In this document: piece by piece, positions 1-8,816 of the stretch | Position numbering within the stretch: the first letter of the stretch is position 1 | Layout: the number at the start of each line of letters is the position of its first letter | NCBI GenBank assembly: GCA_046582655.1 | Contig: JAYGDX010000177.1 | Span: 1-35,958 of the forward strand | Source: Candidatus Poribacteria bacterium | GTDB taxonomy: Bacteria; Poribacteria; WGA-4E; UBA9662 | Direction: 5' to 3' | DNA length: 35,958 nucleotides | Notes under the pieces: model-generated | Told to the model about the DNA's origin: nothing | What the model saw: the letters and a program-made list of their open reading frames with translations, nothing else | Database searches by the model: none | Program-made: the position numbers and the translations under genes

Positions 1-2
1 TG

Positions 3-830
3 TCGCTCTGGATACCGCCCGGTGACGGTCCTTTTTCCGTCCTCCTAGATGGCGATGGCTGCTGGCGCTATTTCAACGACCAGGTTATCCATAGTATCCT
101 ACAGCGTGGTAACATCGCCGCTAGCGTCGACCGTACCCAAGCCGCCGCCGACAACAAGGATGTCTATCGAGATACCGGCCTCTACCAGTTCTTTCCTGAG
201 GCGGAATTCGGCGTTTGCCCCGCCTGGGCCTGGGCCATTCACCGCTGCGTAGATGCGTTGGTAACTCTCAAAGAGGTAAGAAGCGAGGCCATTGCCATTA
301 CGGGGCACTCTCGAGGCGGCAAAACTGTCCTTCTGGCGGGTGCTACAGATGAACGAATTGCCATCACCAACCCCAATAACTCCGGTATTGGCGGGGCGGG
401 ACTGAACCGCCTGAAAATGAAAGGCAGCGAAGTCATCGACAGTTTCTTCGGTTCAGGTAACATCTTCTGGTTCGGCAGGGAGTTTGCTGCCCACCGCCAC
501 CGTGACACCGAACTGCCATATGACAATCACTATCTGCACGCACTCATCGCCCCCCGGGGGCTGTTGCTCACTGAAGCATACGAAGACCATAGCGCCAATC
601 CGGCTGGGACCTACGCCGCTGCCCTATCTGCTCGGCAAGCTTATCAGATGCTGGGCAAAAAAGAGGCTATTGGTTGGGCCTATCGCGAAAGTGGACACGC
701 CCATCTGCTGGAGGACTATACGGCCCTGTTGGATTTCATGGACCAGCATCTGCACGAGCGGCAGTTGCAACGCGACTTCCAGCGAAAACTATACCCTAAC
801 CTGGACGGGATTCTTGGAAATAGCCAATGA
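3..830 (+). CDS. CE15 (glucuronoyl esterase-like) alpha/beta hydrolase, 5'-truncated by the window edge
   Basis: The frame of ORF 258..830 is open back to position 3 (SLWIPPGDGPFSVLLDGDG...AWAWAIHRCVDAL). It has the catalytic motif GHSRGGK, plus NNSGIGGA, LPYDNHYLHALIAPRGLL and a C-terminal GH typical of CE15. Confidence 0.8.
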   Translation, partial: SLWIPPGDGPFSVLLDGDGCWRYFNDQVIHSILQRGNIAASVDRTQAAADNKDVYRDTGLYQFFPEAEFGVCPAWAWAIHRCVDALVTLKEVRSEAIAITGHSRGGKTVLLAGATDERIAITNPNNSGIGGAGLNRLKMKGSEVIDSFFGSGNIFWFGREFAAHRHRDTELPYDNHYLHALIAPRGLLLTEAYEDHSANPAGTYAAALSARQAYQMLGKKEAIGWAYRESGHAHLLEDYTALLDFMDQHLHERQLQRDFQRKLYPNLDGILGNSQ

Positions 831-980
831 TTTTGGTCACAACGGAGTAGTTTTTCGTCACCCGGTGACAGACAATTAACACCATTTCGCCCGTAAAAAC
901 GGCGGTACATACAAAGCGTCGGGTGAAGACAATCAATTAGCAAGCCAGCCCGCCATATGTCTGACAAAATCTTGAGGGAG

Positions 981-1018
981 TTAGGTTGTATTTAAGCTAA
1001 AACTTAAATACAACTTGA
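981..1018. terminator. AT-rich hairpin between convergent genes; possible bidirectional terminator
   Basis: GTTGTATTTAAG (985-996), 6-nt loop, CTTAAATACAAC (1003-1014): a perfect 12-bp inverted repeat, extendable with G-U pairs. No clear U-tract. Confidence 0.4.
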
Positions 1019-1149
1019 TTGAGTAATAGAATCAACCATTGTACTTGCTTCTCTGTCAGTCAATATGTCACTTTCATGCAATATAATTCCCTGCTGGTAT
1101 ATGACCTAGTAGGAATTCCCTTCGTGCTAGATTGCAGTCTTGGTCTATT

Positions 1150-1902
1150 TCAAAGTTTGCTCAGTGAATAGATTATAAAATTGGGTACTCTCAATTCATC
1201 GCCTAGTTCAGAATATAGTGCCAACTGATCCTGACTAATGGTTGGCTCTATTATCCCCTCAATCTTAAAGCCAACCTCGATAAAACCTTGTATGTAAGTT
1301 GACAATGTACGATGAAAATTGGTGAAATTAACTTCCATCATTCTATAATGACGTTCATTTTCCTCAAAGTATCGGTCTAGAATCACATGATTTTTCTTTC
1401 CATTTTTCGTTTTACTCCATCCACCCCCAGCCGACCTCATCGGGTGCAGGTTCGCTATGATAAATCGGCCCCTATTTCTGAGAATTCTATACACTTCCCT
1501 GGTATTAGCCATAAAGTCTGGTAGGTCACATTGATTTAAATACGAAACGACCAGATCAAATTTCTGATCTAAGAGGAAACTCAAGTTCTGGACATCAGCC
1601 ACTCGGTACTCATCACAACTAGATTGTAACTCTCTGGCTGCTTTAATCATAGGCTGACATAGATCTAGACCCAATACGTAACTTGCTCCTCGCTGGGCAA
1701 GTATTCTACAGAAACGGCCTTCACCACATCCACAATCAAGAATCTGAAGACCTTCGACATTTCCACAGGCCTCCAACATAGGTTGGTCGAGTAGGCCATT
1801 TCGTGTCGGGTTACGACCCTCTCGAGCTTCTTTGATCCATGCAGATGAGAGCTCAATCCATTCTTGTCTAAGTTGATCTTTTTTCTCTTTAATGTAACTC
1901 AT
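1150..1902 (-). CDS. Class I SAM-dependent methyltransferase
   Basis: Motif I ILDCGCGEG, GLD, FDLVVS, and HP plus FHRTLSTY motifs common in Methyltransf_11/25-type proteins. Confidence 0.9.
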   Translation of the reverse strand: MSYIKEKKDQLRQEWIELSSAWIKEAREGRNPTRNGLLDQPMLEACGNVEGLQILDCGCGEGRFCRILAQRGASYVLGLDLCQPMIKAARELQSSCDEYRVADVQNLSFLLDQKFDLVVSYLNQCDLPDFMANTREVYRILRNRGRFIIANLHPMRSAGGGWSKTKNGKKNHVILDRYFEENERHYRMMEVNFTNFHRTLSTYIQGFIEVGFKIEGIIEPTISQDQLALYSELGDELRVPNFIIYSLSKL

Positions 1903-2289
1903 GTTGAGCTGAATGCAGGTCTGATGTTCTTTCTCTATACAATAGACCGACTACTTTCTTTAGATTTGATTTGGTTACCAAGAATTTTAAGACAAAATAG
2001 ATAGCAATTGATGAGGGCAGGAGAACTAACTTTATTCCCAATATACCATTCGTCATTTTATCCATAGTCCTTATACTTAAGTTTTAACTTATGTACAGGC
2101 TCAAATTTTTTGTTGCTTGTAATCTGCTACCAAATCTTTTTGTGTTTGTCTAGATACATTCATCAATCAGATAATTTAAGAAGTGTATGAGACGATGATT
2201 AGAAAAAAAGTCCATTGATTAAATCTATCCAATCACTAAAATTCGTTATCTGTAGCGTCACCTTCCTATCAACTACACAAGAGAAAATT

Positions 2290-2318
2290 TTGATTTTGTA
2301 CTTAAAATCAGATACAGT
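2290..2318 (+). promoter_or_regulatory. Putative sigma70 promoter overlapped by a 7-6-7 inverted repeat (possible operator)
   Basis: TTGATT-17-TACAGT; TGATTTT-gtactt-AAAATCA at 2291-2310, about 60 nt upstream of the 2376 start. Confidence 0.35.
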
Positions 2319-2375
2319 TTTAGCGAAGCTCGAATCAATATTATCTGAAGAAATAAAGTATAGATTTCCGAGAAC

Positions 2376-2810
2376 ATGAAGTTTAAAAACATTAGCACTC
2401 TTCTTCTTTTAGCAATATTGACAGTTCATTTTATCTGTTCTGTATTGTGTTCAACTTCAGGTGCAAAAGATTGTCTTGTGCCGGCTGCTGATTTACTTTG
2501 GTCTCAACCCCAGGTACAGGACAGTAGTTCAAACTGCTGTCATTCACAGCAACTACCGCAAGAAGATCAGGGGAAAGGCAGCACACATTGTTGTTTAACT
2601 CAACTAACATTCGTCAACAGTAATAAGTATCGAGTTTCTGTACAACTTACCAAAGTTCACCTCTCCTTTGCCGGATCTATTCCAACACACCCAACGATCT
2701 TGAATGTCAACTCCTGTTCTGTTCTCCGCCTCAGATGTATTCCTCCTCTAAGCAAAGAATTATTCATTAACCAATTCTTATCTCGAGCCCCTCCGATTTT
2801 CCTCTCTTGA
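2376..2810 (+). CDS. Secreted Cys/His-rich leader protein with C-terminal RAPP arrest motif (DUF2946/CruR/CutF-like architecture)
   Basis: N-terminal hydrophobic signal, CxxxC, CCH and HCC motifs; ends ...LSRAPPIFLS* with RAPP at 2784-2795; lies upstream of envelope genes. Confidence 0.7.
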   Translation: MKFKNISTLLLLAILTVHFICSVLCSTSGAKDCLVPAADLLWSQPQVQDSSSNCCHSQQLPQEDQGKGSTHCCLTQLTFVNSNKYRVSVQLTKVHLSFAGSIPTHPTILNVNSCSVLRLRCIPPLSKELFINQFLSRAPPIFLS

Positions 2811-2881
2811 GTTTTATTCTCCATACATCTCAATTTCATCTTCAATTTTCAAATGTAGTTGGATTTCAACGAGGGGTTTTT

Positions 2882-3122
2882 ATGCGATATTTCACCAGGC
2901 AATCTATTTTACTTTTTTTCTTTATTGCTATGTTGAATTTTACCAGCGGATGCTCCGAATCTTTCCCAAATGGAATTGTCATTGGATCATCCTGCCAATC
3001 ATAATGCAACTCAAACGCAGTACCAAGCATCTATAAACACTCTTACCTCAAATCATGACGATTTGCTTTTGCAATTTCAATATCTGCAGGAGTCCTATTT
3101 TCAGAAGAATGGCCAATTCTAA
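2882..3122 (+). pseudogene. Small lipoprotein split by a +1 frameshift
   Basis: SD GAGGGG at 2871 and ATG at 2882 give MRYFTRQSILLFFFIAMLNFTSG-C (lipobox-like), stopping at 3004. The +1 frame from TTTCCCAAA (~2962-2970) continues QMELSLDHPANHNATQTQYQASINTL...F* to 3122. Confidence 0.5.
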
Positions 3123-3195
3123 ATGGAAGAGAGTATGAAACACAATTTTGTAACTTTACCTACCAACCATGTTACTAGAAAGGAAACAGTCACTA

Positions 3196-4248
3196 ATGAA
3201 AAACGCCTTCACTTTCCTGTTCATAATTGCTCTTTGGTTTTGCCAAGTTTGTATTAAAGCACAAGATAGCTGCAGTGCTTGAAGCAACCCCGTCTTTCCT
3301 CGCGTGGAGACGGGAGAGGTCAGTTCGGCCTCAAAAATTGAACGTCTAAATTTTTCCCTGAATGTTTTAAGAAGTCCGGATTCTCGAGGAGGCCATTTCG
3401 AAGATCGAGGACTGGCGCCAAATGGTGAAATTAAGCATATTAGTCCCCTGCACAGGCACGAAGTATCTCTCGATTTCACCCGAATCCAACTTGGAATCCG
3501 GTACTTCATGCGGGACACTTTGGCTCTGTCATTGGATCTGCCATATGATATTAAGAACCAAGAAGCAGAGGTTGATTTTCTGGGAGGAAACCAAACACCA
3601 GAAGATCGAGACGCCATTTTAGCAAACCGCGACATACATCATCGAACTGAGACATACACTGGATTAAGTGACTTCGAGTTTAGTGTTGATTACTATCCAG
3701 GCAACCTCCTTCATTTGGGAGGGAAATCGGTTTTTTCTTTAGGAATGAGTCTGCCAATTGGCAAGATAGAAGAGGATCCATACAGACTTGGTGATGCGGG
3801 TAAAAAGCATCTTCACATTCAATTCGGTACTGGTACGTTCGTACCAATAATAAAGTTTCAGCACAGCATAAAATTGCTGAGAAAGCTCGCTTTACACAGT
3901 TATGTTACCGGCCGTCTTCCGTTCTACGAAAATGGAAAAGCTTATCGTGCACCAACCGAACTTAACTATAACTTTGGTGTTCGATATCGCATCTCAAATT
4001 CATTAGCGCTAAACACACATTATACCGGTTTGTACCAACATTATGGCTACTGGGATGGCGAGCGGGATCGGAACACAGGCTTGATAGTGAATGCACTACT
4101 CTTCGGTGCTAGTGTCAGCTTCTGGGACAGATCCATTGTCCAATTCAACTTGATACAACCCCTTGGACAGAAAATGCTTTCCGAAGATAGCGATACTTTT
4201 AAAAGAGGACTTACTTTCCTTTTAACGTTTTCTTTCCCCCTCCTATAA
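3196..4248 (+). CDS. Outer-membrane beta-barrel (transporter / MetA-pathway-like porin) with in-frame TGA at codon 29; putative selenoprotein (CxxU)
   Basis: ATG 3196 with upstream AGGA is in frame with ORF 3304..4248 and encodes signal peptide MKNAFTFLFIIALWFCQVCIKA followed by QDSCSA*SNP, with TGA at 3280-3282. Barrel-family motifs GLSD, SLPIGK and QFGTGT, amphipathic strands, and a hydrophobic final strand. Confidence 0.75.
3289..3314 (+). promoter_or_regulatory. Candidate bacterial SECIS hairpin
   Basis: CCCGTC-(TT bulge)-TCC-loop TCGCGT-GGA-GACGGG, starting 6 nt after the in-frame UGA; apical loop 17 nt from the UGA. Confidence 0.6.
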
Positions 4249-4340
4249 TTTCACATTCCTTTCTTCCGGTTAAGTTACATCATAAATTTTAATTGATATG
4301 GTAGAATAATATAGTGAATCTATGTCATTTGAGGGTTTAT

Positions 4341-5534
4341 ATGAAACAAATTCAGGGAGGTATCGCGGCGGCACCAGGTTTTAAAGCAGCTGGTGTACAC
4401 GCTGGACTTAAAGATAACCATCAGAAGGATTTTGCAATTATACTCTCGGACCCGACGGCGACAGCCGCTGGTGTTTTCACACAAAATCGTGTCTGTGCAG
4501 CCCCAGTAACACTTTGCCAAGATCACATCAGGAATCAGGTTGCAAATGCAATTGTCATTAATAGCAAGAATGCCAACGCATGTACTGGCCAGGAAGGTTT
4601 GGAAGATGCTTACCAGACAGCGGAACTAGCCGGTGGAGCTTTAGGAATTAATTCAAATTCTGTCCTTATCTGTTCAACGGGTGTCATCGGTCAACGGCTG
4701 CCAATGGATATAATTAAAAATGGAATTCATCTTGCCGTCCAAACGCTAGATGAAGGTGGCGGCCATGACGCCGCCCAAGCAATTATGACAACGGACACTA
4801 TCCCGAAGGAAGTCGCAGTCGAAACCAAAATCGACGGACATTCCATTATTATCGGCGGCATGGCCAAAGGGTCCGGGATGATCGCGCCTAACATGGCTAC
4901 CATGCTCAGTTTTCTGACTAGCAACGTGAGTATCTCACCCGAGATCCTGCAAGCTACTTTGCAAACTGCTATCAGAAAATCGTTTAATCGGGTAACAGTT
5001 GACTCAGATACAAGTACAAACGACACTGTGTTGATTCTAGCCAACGGTACTGCCGAAAATCCTCAAATCACAACGCATCACCAAGATTTTCAAAATGCTC
5101 TTGACTTTGTCTGTATCGAATTGGCAAAGATGATCGCTCGTGATGGTGAAGGTGCGACAAAACTGCTGGAGGTTGTCATCAATAACGCTAGAAATGAAAA
5201 TGAGGGAGCACTCGCAGCACGCGCGGTCGCGGAATCGCCTCTTGTCAAAACGGCAGTTTTTGCCAATGATGCCAACTGGGGACGAATTATGATGGCAATT
5301 GGCAAATCGGGGGCGGAATTTGAACAGTCAAATGTCGAAGTATGGATTGGTGACTGCCAAATCGTGAAAAATGGGGTTGATGCTGGATTCGACGAACAGA
5401 AAGCTACAAATCAACTAAATAAAGATACTACCAGCATCACTATTGACCTTCACGCTGGTCATACTAGTGTAACATTTTGGACATGCGACTATTCATACGA
5501 TTACGTCAAGATAAACGCAGAGTACCGGACTTGA
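4341..5534 (+). CDS. argJ: Bifunctional glutamate N-acetyltransferase / ornithine acetyltransferase
   Basis: Motifs GVFTQN, NANACTG, STGVIG, IMTTDT, KGSGMIAPNMATML, DTSTND, DGEGATK and NAEYRT. Start placed at ATG 4341 after GAGGG. Confidence 0.97.
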   Translation: MKQIQGGIAAAPGFKAAGVHAGLKDNHQKDFAIILSDPTATAAGVFTQNRVCAAPVTLCQDHIRNQVANAIVINSKNANACTGQEGLEDAYQTAELAGGALGINSNSVLICSTGVIGQRLPMDIIKNGIHLAVQTLDEGGGHDAAQAIMTTDTIPKEVAVETKIDGHSIIIGGMAKGSGMIAPNMATMLSFLTSNVSISPEILQATLQTAIRKSFNRVTVDSDTSTNDTVLILANGTAENPQITTHHQDFQNALDFVCIELAKMIARDGEGATKLLEVVINNARNENEGALAARAVAESPLVKTAVFANDANWGRIMMAIGKSGAEFEQSNVEVWIGDCQIVKNGVDAGFDEQKATNQLNKDTTSITIDLHAGHTSVTFWTCDYSYDYVKINAEYRT

Positions 5535-5596
5535 TAATGACTAAATTGAATCCACATATCTCATGCATACATCTGAGAAAACACACCAAAAATGGT

Positions 5597-5626
5597 TTGC
5601 CCCGTGAAAAATCACTATAGTATAAT
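5597..5626 (+). promoter_or_regulatory. Putative sigma70 promoter of rsmD (probably near-leaderless transcript)
   Basis: TTGCCC-18-TATAAT; the ATG is 8 nt after the -10 box and there is no SD. Confidence 0.5.
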
Positions 5627-5634
5627 CAGAACTG

Positions 5635-6219
5635 ATGAGGATTATCGCGGGTAAGTTCAAGGGACGGCGTCTGAAAACGCCAAAAACCGATGTAATTCGA
5701 CCAACAATTGATCGTGTGAAAGAATCTGTATTTAGTATCCTACAGAATCAGATCACCAATGCAAAATTCTTAGATCTGTGTGCCGGTTCGGGTAGTATTG
5801 GTCTTGAAGCTATAAGCCGTGGTGCAGAGTCAGTCACGTTCGTCGACCAGCATTCCGGTGCTATTCAACTAATACGCTTCAACTTGAATCTTTGCGGCTT
5901 AGATGCAAAGATTCATCGGATACAATTAAGGAGATCAACCGCTCAAAAAGCGATCAAAGCACTTGGATACAAATCGGAATCGTATGACTTGATTTATTTT
6001 GACCCGCCTTACGATTCCGGAATATATGAAGGATGCCTTCAGCTAATTTCCGACAATCAGTTGCTCAATAGGTCAGGACTGATTTGCGTTGAGTGCAGGC
6101 AAACTAATGAGAAGATAGTTGAAATGCTGCAATTAGGAGTTGGAGATTTTCAACCATATAATCAAAAATGCTATGGTGAAACAACACTTTTTTTTTACAA
6201 ACTGGAGAATAAATCATGA
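5635..6219 (+). CDS. rsmD: 16S rRNA (guanine966-N2)-methyltransferase
   Basis: MRIIAGKFKGRRL, RPTxDRVKES, LDLCAGSGSIGLEAISRGA, DPPY. Confidence 0.95.
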   Translation: MRIIAGKFKGRRLKTPKTDVIRPTIDRVKESVFSILQNQITNAKFLDLCAGSGSIGLEAISRGAESVTFVDQHSGAIQLIRFNLNLCGLDAKIHRIQLRRSTAQKAIKALGYKSESYDLIYFDPPYDSGIYEGCLQLISDNQLLNRSGLICVECRQTNEKIVEMLQLGVGDFQPYNQKCYGETTLFFYKLENKS

Positions 6220-7184
6220 TAGTAAAGGTCGGTGCTATTGGTGCCGGCAGTATGGCTAGTGGACACTTTAAGAATCTAAACGAGTTTGAAGATGTCGAAT
6301 TTGTGGCATTCTGTGACATTTCCGAAGATCGTGCCAGACAAAGGTGCCAAGAATACGGAGGAAATGCTTATACCGATTTTGCCAAGATGTATGATAAAGA
6401 AAGACTCGACGCTGTTTACATCTGTACACCACCATTTGCGCATGGTCAGTCGGAGTTAATGGCGATAGAACGAGGAATTCAAATTTTTGTTGAAAAACCG
6501 ATTGCAACGACTATGGAAACTGCACACCAAATCAATGAAGCTATCAAAAATAGTAGTACTATCAGTAGTGTTGGTTACCATTGGCGTTATCAAAGTAATG
6601 TCGATAAAGCAATTGAAGTACTTGATGGCGTTCAGATTATCGGGGCAATGGGCTACTGGATGGGAGGAATGCCAGGTGTCGGTTGGTGGAGGACTCGTGA
6701 GGGATCTGGGGGCCAACATGTTGAGCAAACAACCCATATTTTCGATCTCTGCCGTTACCTTGTCGGGAGCAATGTGGTTGCTGTTCACGGTTTTGCTGCA
6801 GATGGATCAATGAGTGACATCCCTAACTATGATGTTGACGATATGAGCATCATTAACATTCAATTTGCAAACGGTACCATCGCAAATATAACCTCAGCAT
6901 GCATGCTCAAAGGTTTTGGTCGCGTAAAACTGGAGATCTTTTCAAATGGTCTTGTCGTTGACGTAAGTAGTGGTTCAATAAAAATCAACCGTGAGGATGA
7001 AACAGAAACATATGCAAATGAAGTAAACGGTTATCAACACGAAGATAGGGTCTTTATCAATGCGGTGAAAAGTAAAAACGGCTCAAAGATTCGTTCACCA
7101 TACGAGGACGCGTTGAAAACACTGCAAATTACACTGGCCGCGAGCGAATCTTTCATAACAGGAAAACAGGTAGACCTTACCTAA
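6216..7184 (+). CDS. Gfo/Idh/MocA family oxidoreductase
   Basis: Rossmann IGAGSMA, ICTPPFAH, FVEKP and EQTTHIFD; ATGA-type 4-nt overlap with rsmD. Confidence 0.93.
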   Translation: MIVKVGAIGAGSMASGHFKNLNEFEDVEFVAFCDISEDRARQRCQEYGGNAYTDFAKMYDKERLDAVYICTPPFAHGQSELMAIERGIQIFVEKPIATTMETAHQINEAIKNSSTISSVGYHWRYQSNVDKAIEVLDGVQIIGAMGYWMGGMPGVGWWRTREGSGGQHVEQTTHIFDLCRYLVGSNVVAVHGFAADGSMSDIPNYDVDDMSIINIQFANGTIANITSACMLKGFGRVKLEIFSNGLVVDVSSGSIKINREDETETYANEVNGYQHEDRVFINAVKSKNGSKIRSPYEDALKTLQITLAASESFITGKQVDLT

Positions 7185-7254
7185 AGAAAAATTAAAATGG
7201 GCAGATTAATTTGTAACAGGCTAATCTGTTTGCTCAGTTAATGAGAGGAAAATT

Positions 7255-8742
7255 TTGAAGATTAACGTAAAAGTTGGCGATTTTCGACAAGAAGAAACCG
7301 ATGCTATTGCTCTTGGTATTTACGAAGGAGAGGATAGCCTTACACCTCTGGCAGAATCTGTTGATCAAGCTCTCGGCGGTGCCATCAGCAACTTAATGGG
7401 TTTAGGTGATTTTGAAGGCAAACTAAAGCAGGTAGTAACTCTTTATACCAACGGTAAGGTCTCTTCACCCAGAATCTCTCTCGTCGGATGTGGCAAAGCT
7501 GAAGATTTCAACCAAGAAAATATCCGGCAGGTGTCAGCGAAACACGCGCGAAGCCTTAGAAACTTGGGTGTTAAAAAGATAATCGTGCCAATTCCCGATG
7601 ACATCTCTGACCTCCCTGTTCAAGCCATTGTTGAGGGTGTAAAACTGGGGCTATATACATTTGATCAACACAAAACCGAAGGTCGCAATGAAATCAAGGA
7701 ATTAGAAGAGCTAACATTCCTAACGGCCAATGAATCCAGAACGTCAGTAATAAAACAAGGCATTGAACTGGGAAACACCATCACGGATGGAGTAATCTTA
7801 GCTCGTGATTTAACCAACCAGCCAGCGAACTATCTTACCCCCACTATCTTGGCAGAAACAGCACAATCAGTTGCCAAGGAGAAGAATCTGAGGTGCGAGA
7901 TTTTCGACTCGGTGAAATTGCAGGAAGAAAAGTTCGGCGCCATGCTTGGTGTCTCACAGGGAAGTCTTGAAGAACCGAGGTTTGTAATCCTTGAATACGG
8001 TTTTGAAGAAGCCAATGAAAAAGACACCCTTGTTTTAGTAGGCAAAGGCATTACATTCGATAGCGGTGGTCTGTCCCTGAAAAGTGGCAGCGGTATGGAG
8101 ACCATGAAGGACGACATGGCAGGCGCAGCGACTGTACTGGGTGCCATGCAAGCAATTGGAGAACTCAAGCCGGATTTGCACGTTGTTGGTCTTATTGCTG
8201 CCAGCGAGAATATGCCAAGCGGGACAGCACAACGTCCAGGTGATATCGTTACCTCGTATGGAGGGAAAACGATCGAGATCCTCAATACCGATGCTGAAGG
8301 GCGTCTGGTACTAGCCGATGCACTTGGATACGCTAAGAACTTTAAACCTGAAGCAGTAATAGATTTCGCCACGTTGACAGGTGCGGTTGTGACCTCACTC
8401 GGCCGCTCCACCGCAGGTATAATGGGAACAGATCAGAAACTAGTGGACCGGATCATTTCAGCTGCTGAAAAAACGCATGAACGTGTCTGGCAGTTGCCAC
8501 TTTGGGATGATTATGAAGAGGCACTTAAGAGCGAAGTTGCGGATGTAAAAAACACCGGTGATGGAACAGCAGGTGCTATTGTTGGTGGTACGTTTCTGAA
8601 AAAGTTCGCTGAAGGTTATTCATGGACTCATATTGATATTGGTGGTACGGCCTTTGACATCAAGGGCTCTTCATATATTTCGAAAGGAGGATCCGGCTAT
8701 GGTGTCAGGTTGTTGATTCAACTCGTTCGTGATTGGCATTGA
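7255..8742 (+). CDS. pepA: Leucyl aminopeptidase (M17)
   Basis: VGKGITFDSGG, MKDDMAGAA, NTDAEGRLVLADAL, ATLTGA; TTG start after GAGGA. Confidence 0.96.
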   Translation: MKINVKVGDFRQEETDAIALGIYEGEDSLTPLAESVDQALGGAISNLMGLGDFEGKLKQVVTLYTNGKVSSPRISLVGCGKAEDFNQENIRQVSAKHARSLRNLGVKKIIVPIPDDISDLPVQAIVEGVKLGLYTFDQHKTEGRNEIKELEELTFLTANESRTSVIKQGIELGNTITDGVILARDLTNQPANYLTPTILAETAQSVAKEKNLRCEIFDSVKLQEEKFGAMLGVSQGSLEEPRFVILEYGFEEANEKDTLVLVGKGITFDSGGLSLKSGSGMETMKDDMAGAATVLGAMQAIGELKPDLHVVGLIAASENMPSGTAQRPGDIVTSYGGKTIEILNTDAEGRLVLADALGYAKNFKPEAVIDFATLTGAVVTSLGRSTAGIMGTDQKLVDRIISAAEKTHERVWQLPLWDDYEEALKSEVADVKNTGDGTAGAIVGGTFLKKFAEGYSWTHIDIGGTAFDIKGSSYISKGGSGYGVRLLIQLVRDWH

Positions 8743-8816
8743 TAATAGACTCTATCCTGATGTGATAAACATCATTGAATATTTAAGTAAAATAATAACC
8801 TAACAAGGAGATTTCA

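Noticed and set aside
830..1150. Integron attC site or IS end near the compositional break
   Set aside because: No RYYYAAC/GTTRRRY-bounded imperfect repeat, no terminal inverted repeat pair, and no integrase or transposase.
3304..4248. ORF-track start at GTG 3304 for the barrel
   Set aside because: Gives no signal peptide, has no SD and lies in the hairpin loop; the in-frame ATG 3196 gives a proper signal peptide.
4310..4330. Possible ARG box upstream of argJ (TGAATCTATGTCAT)
   Set aside because: Poor palindrome and no tandem second box.
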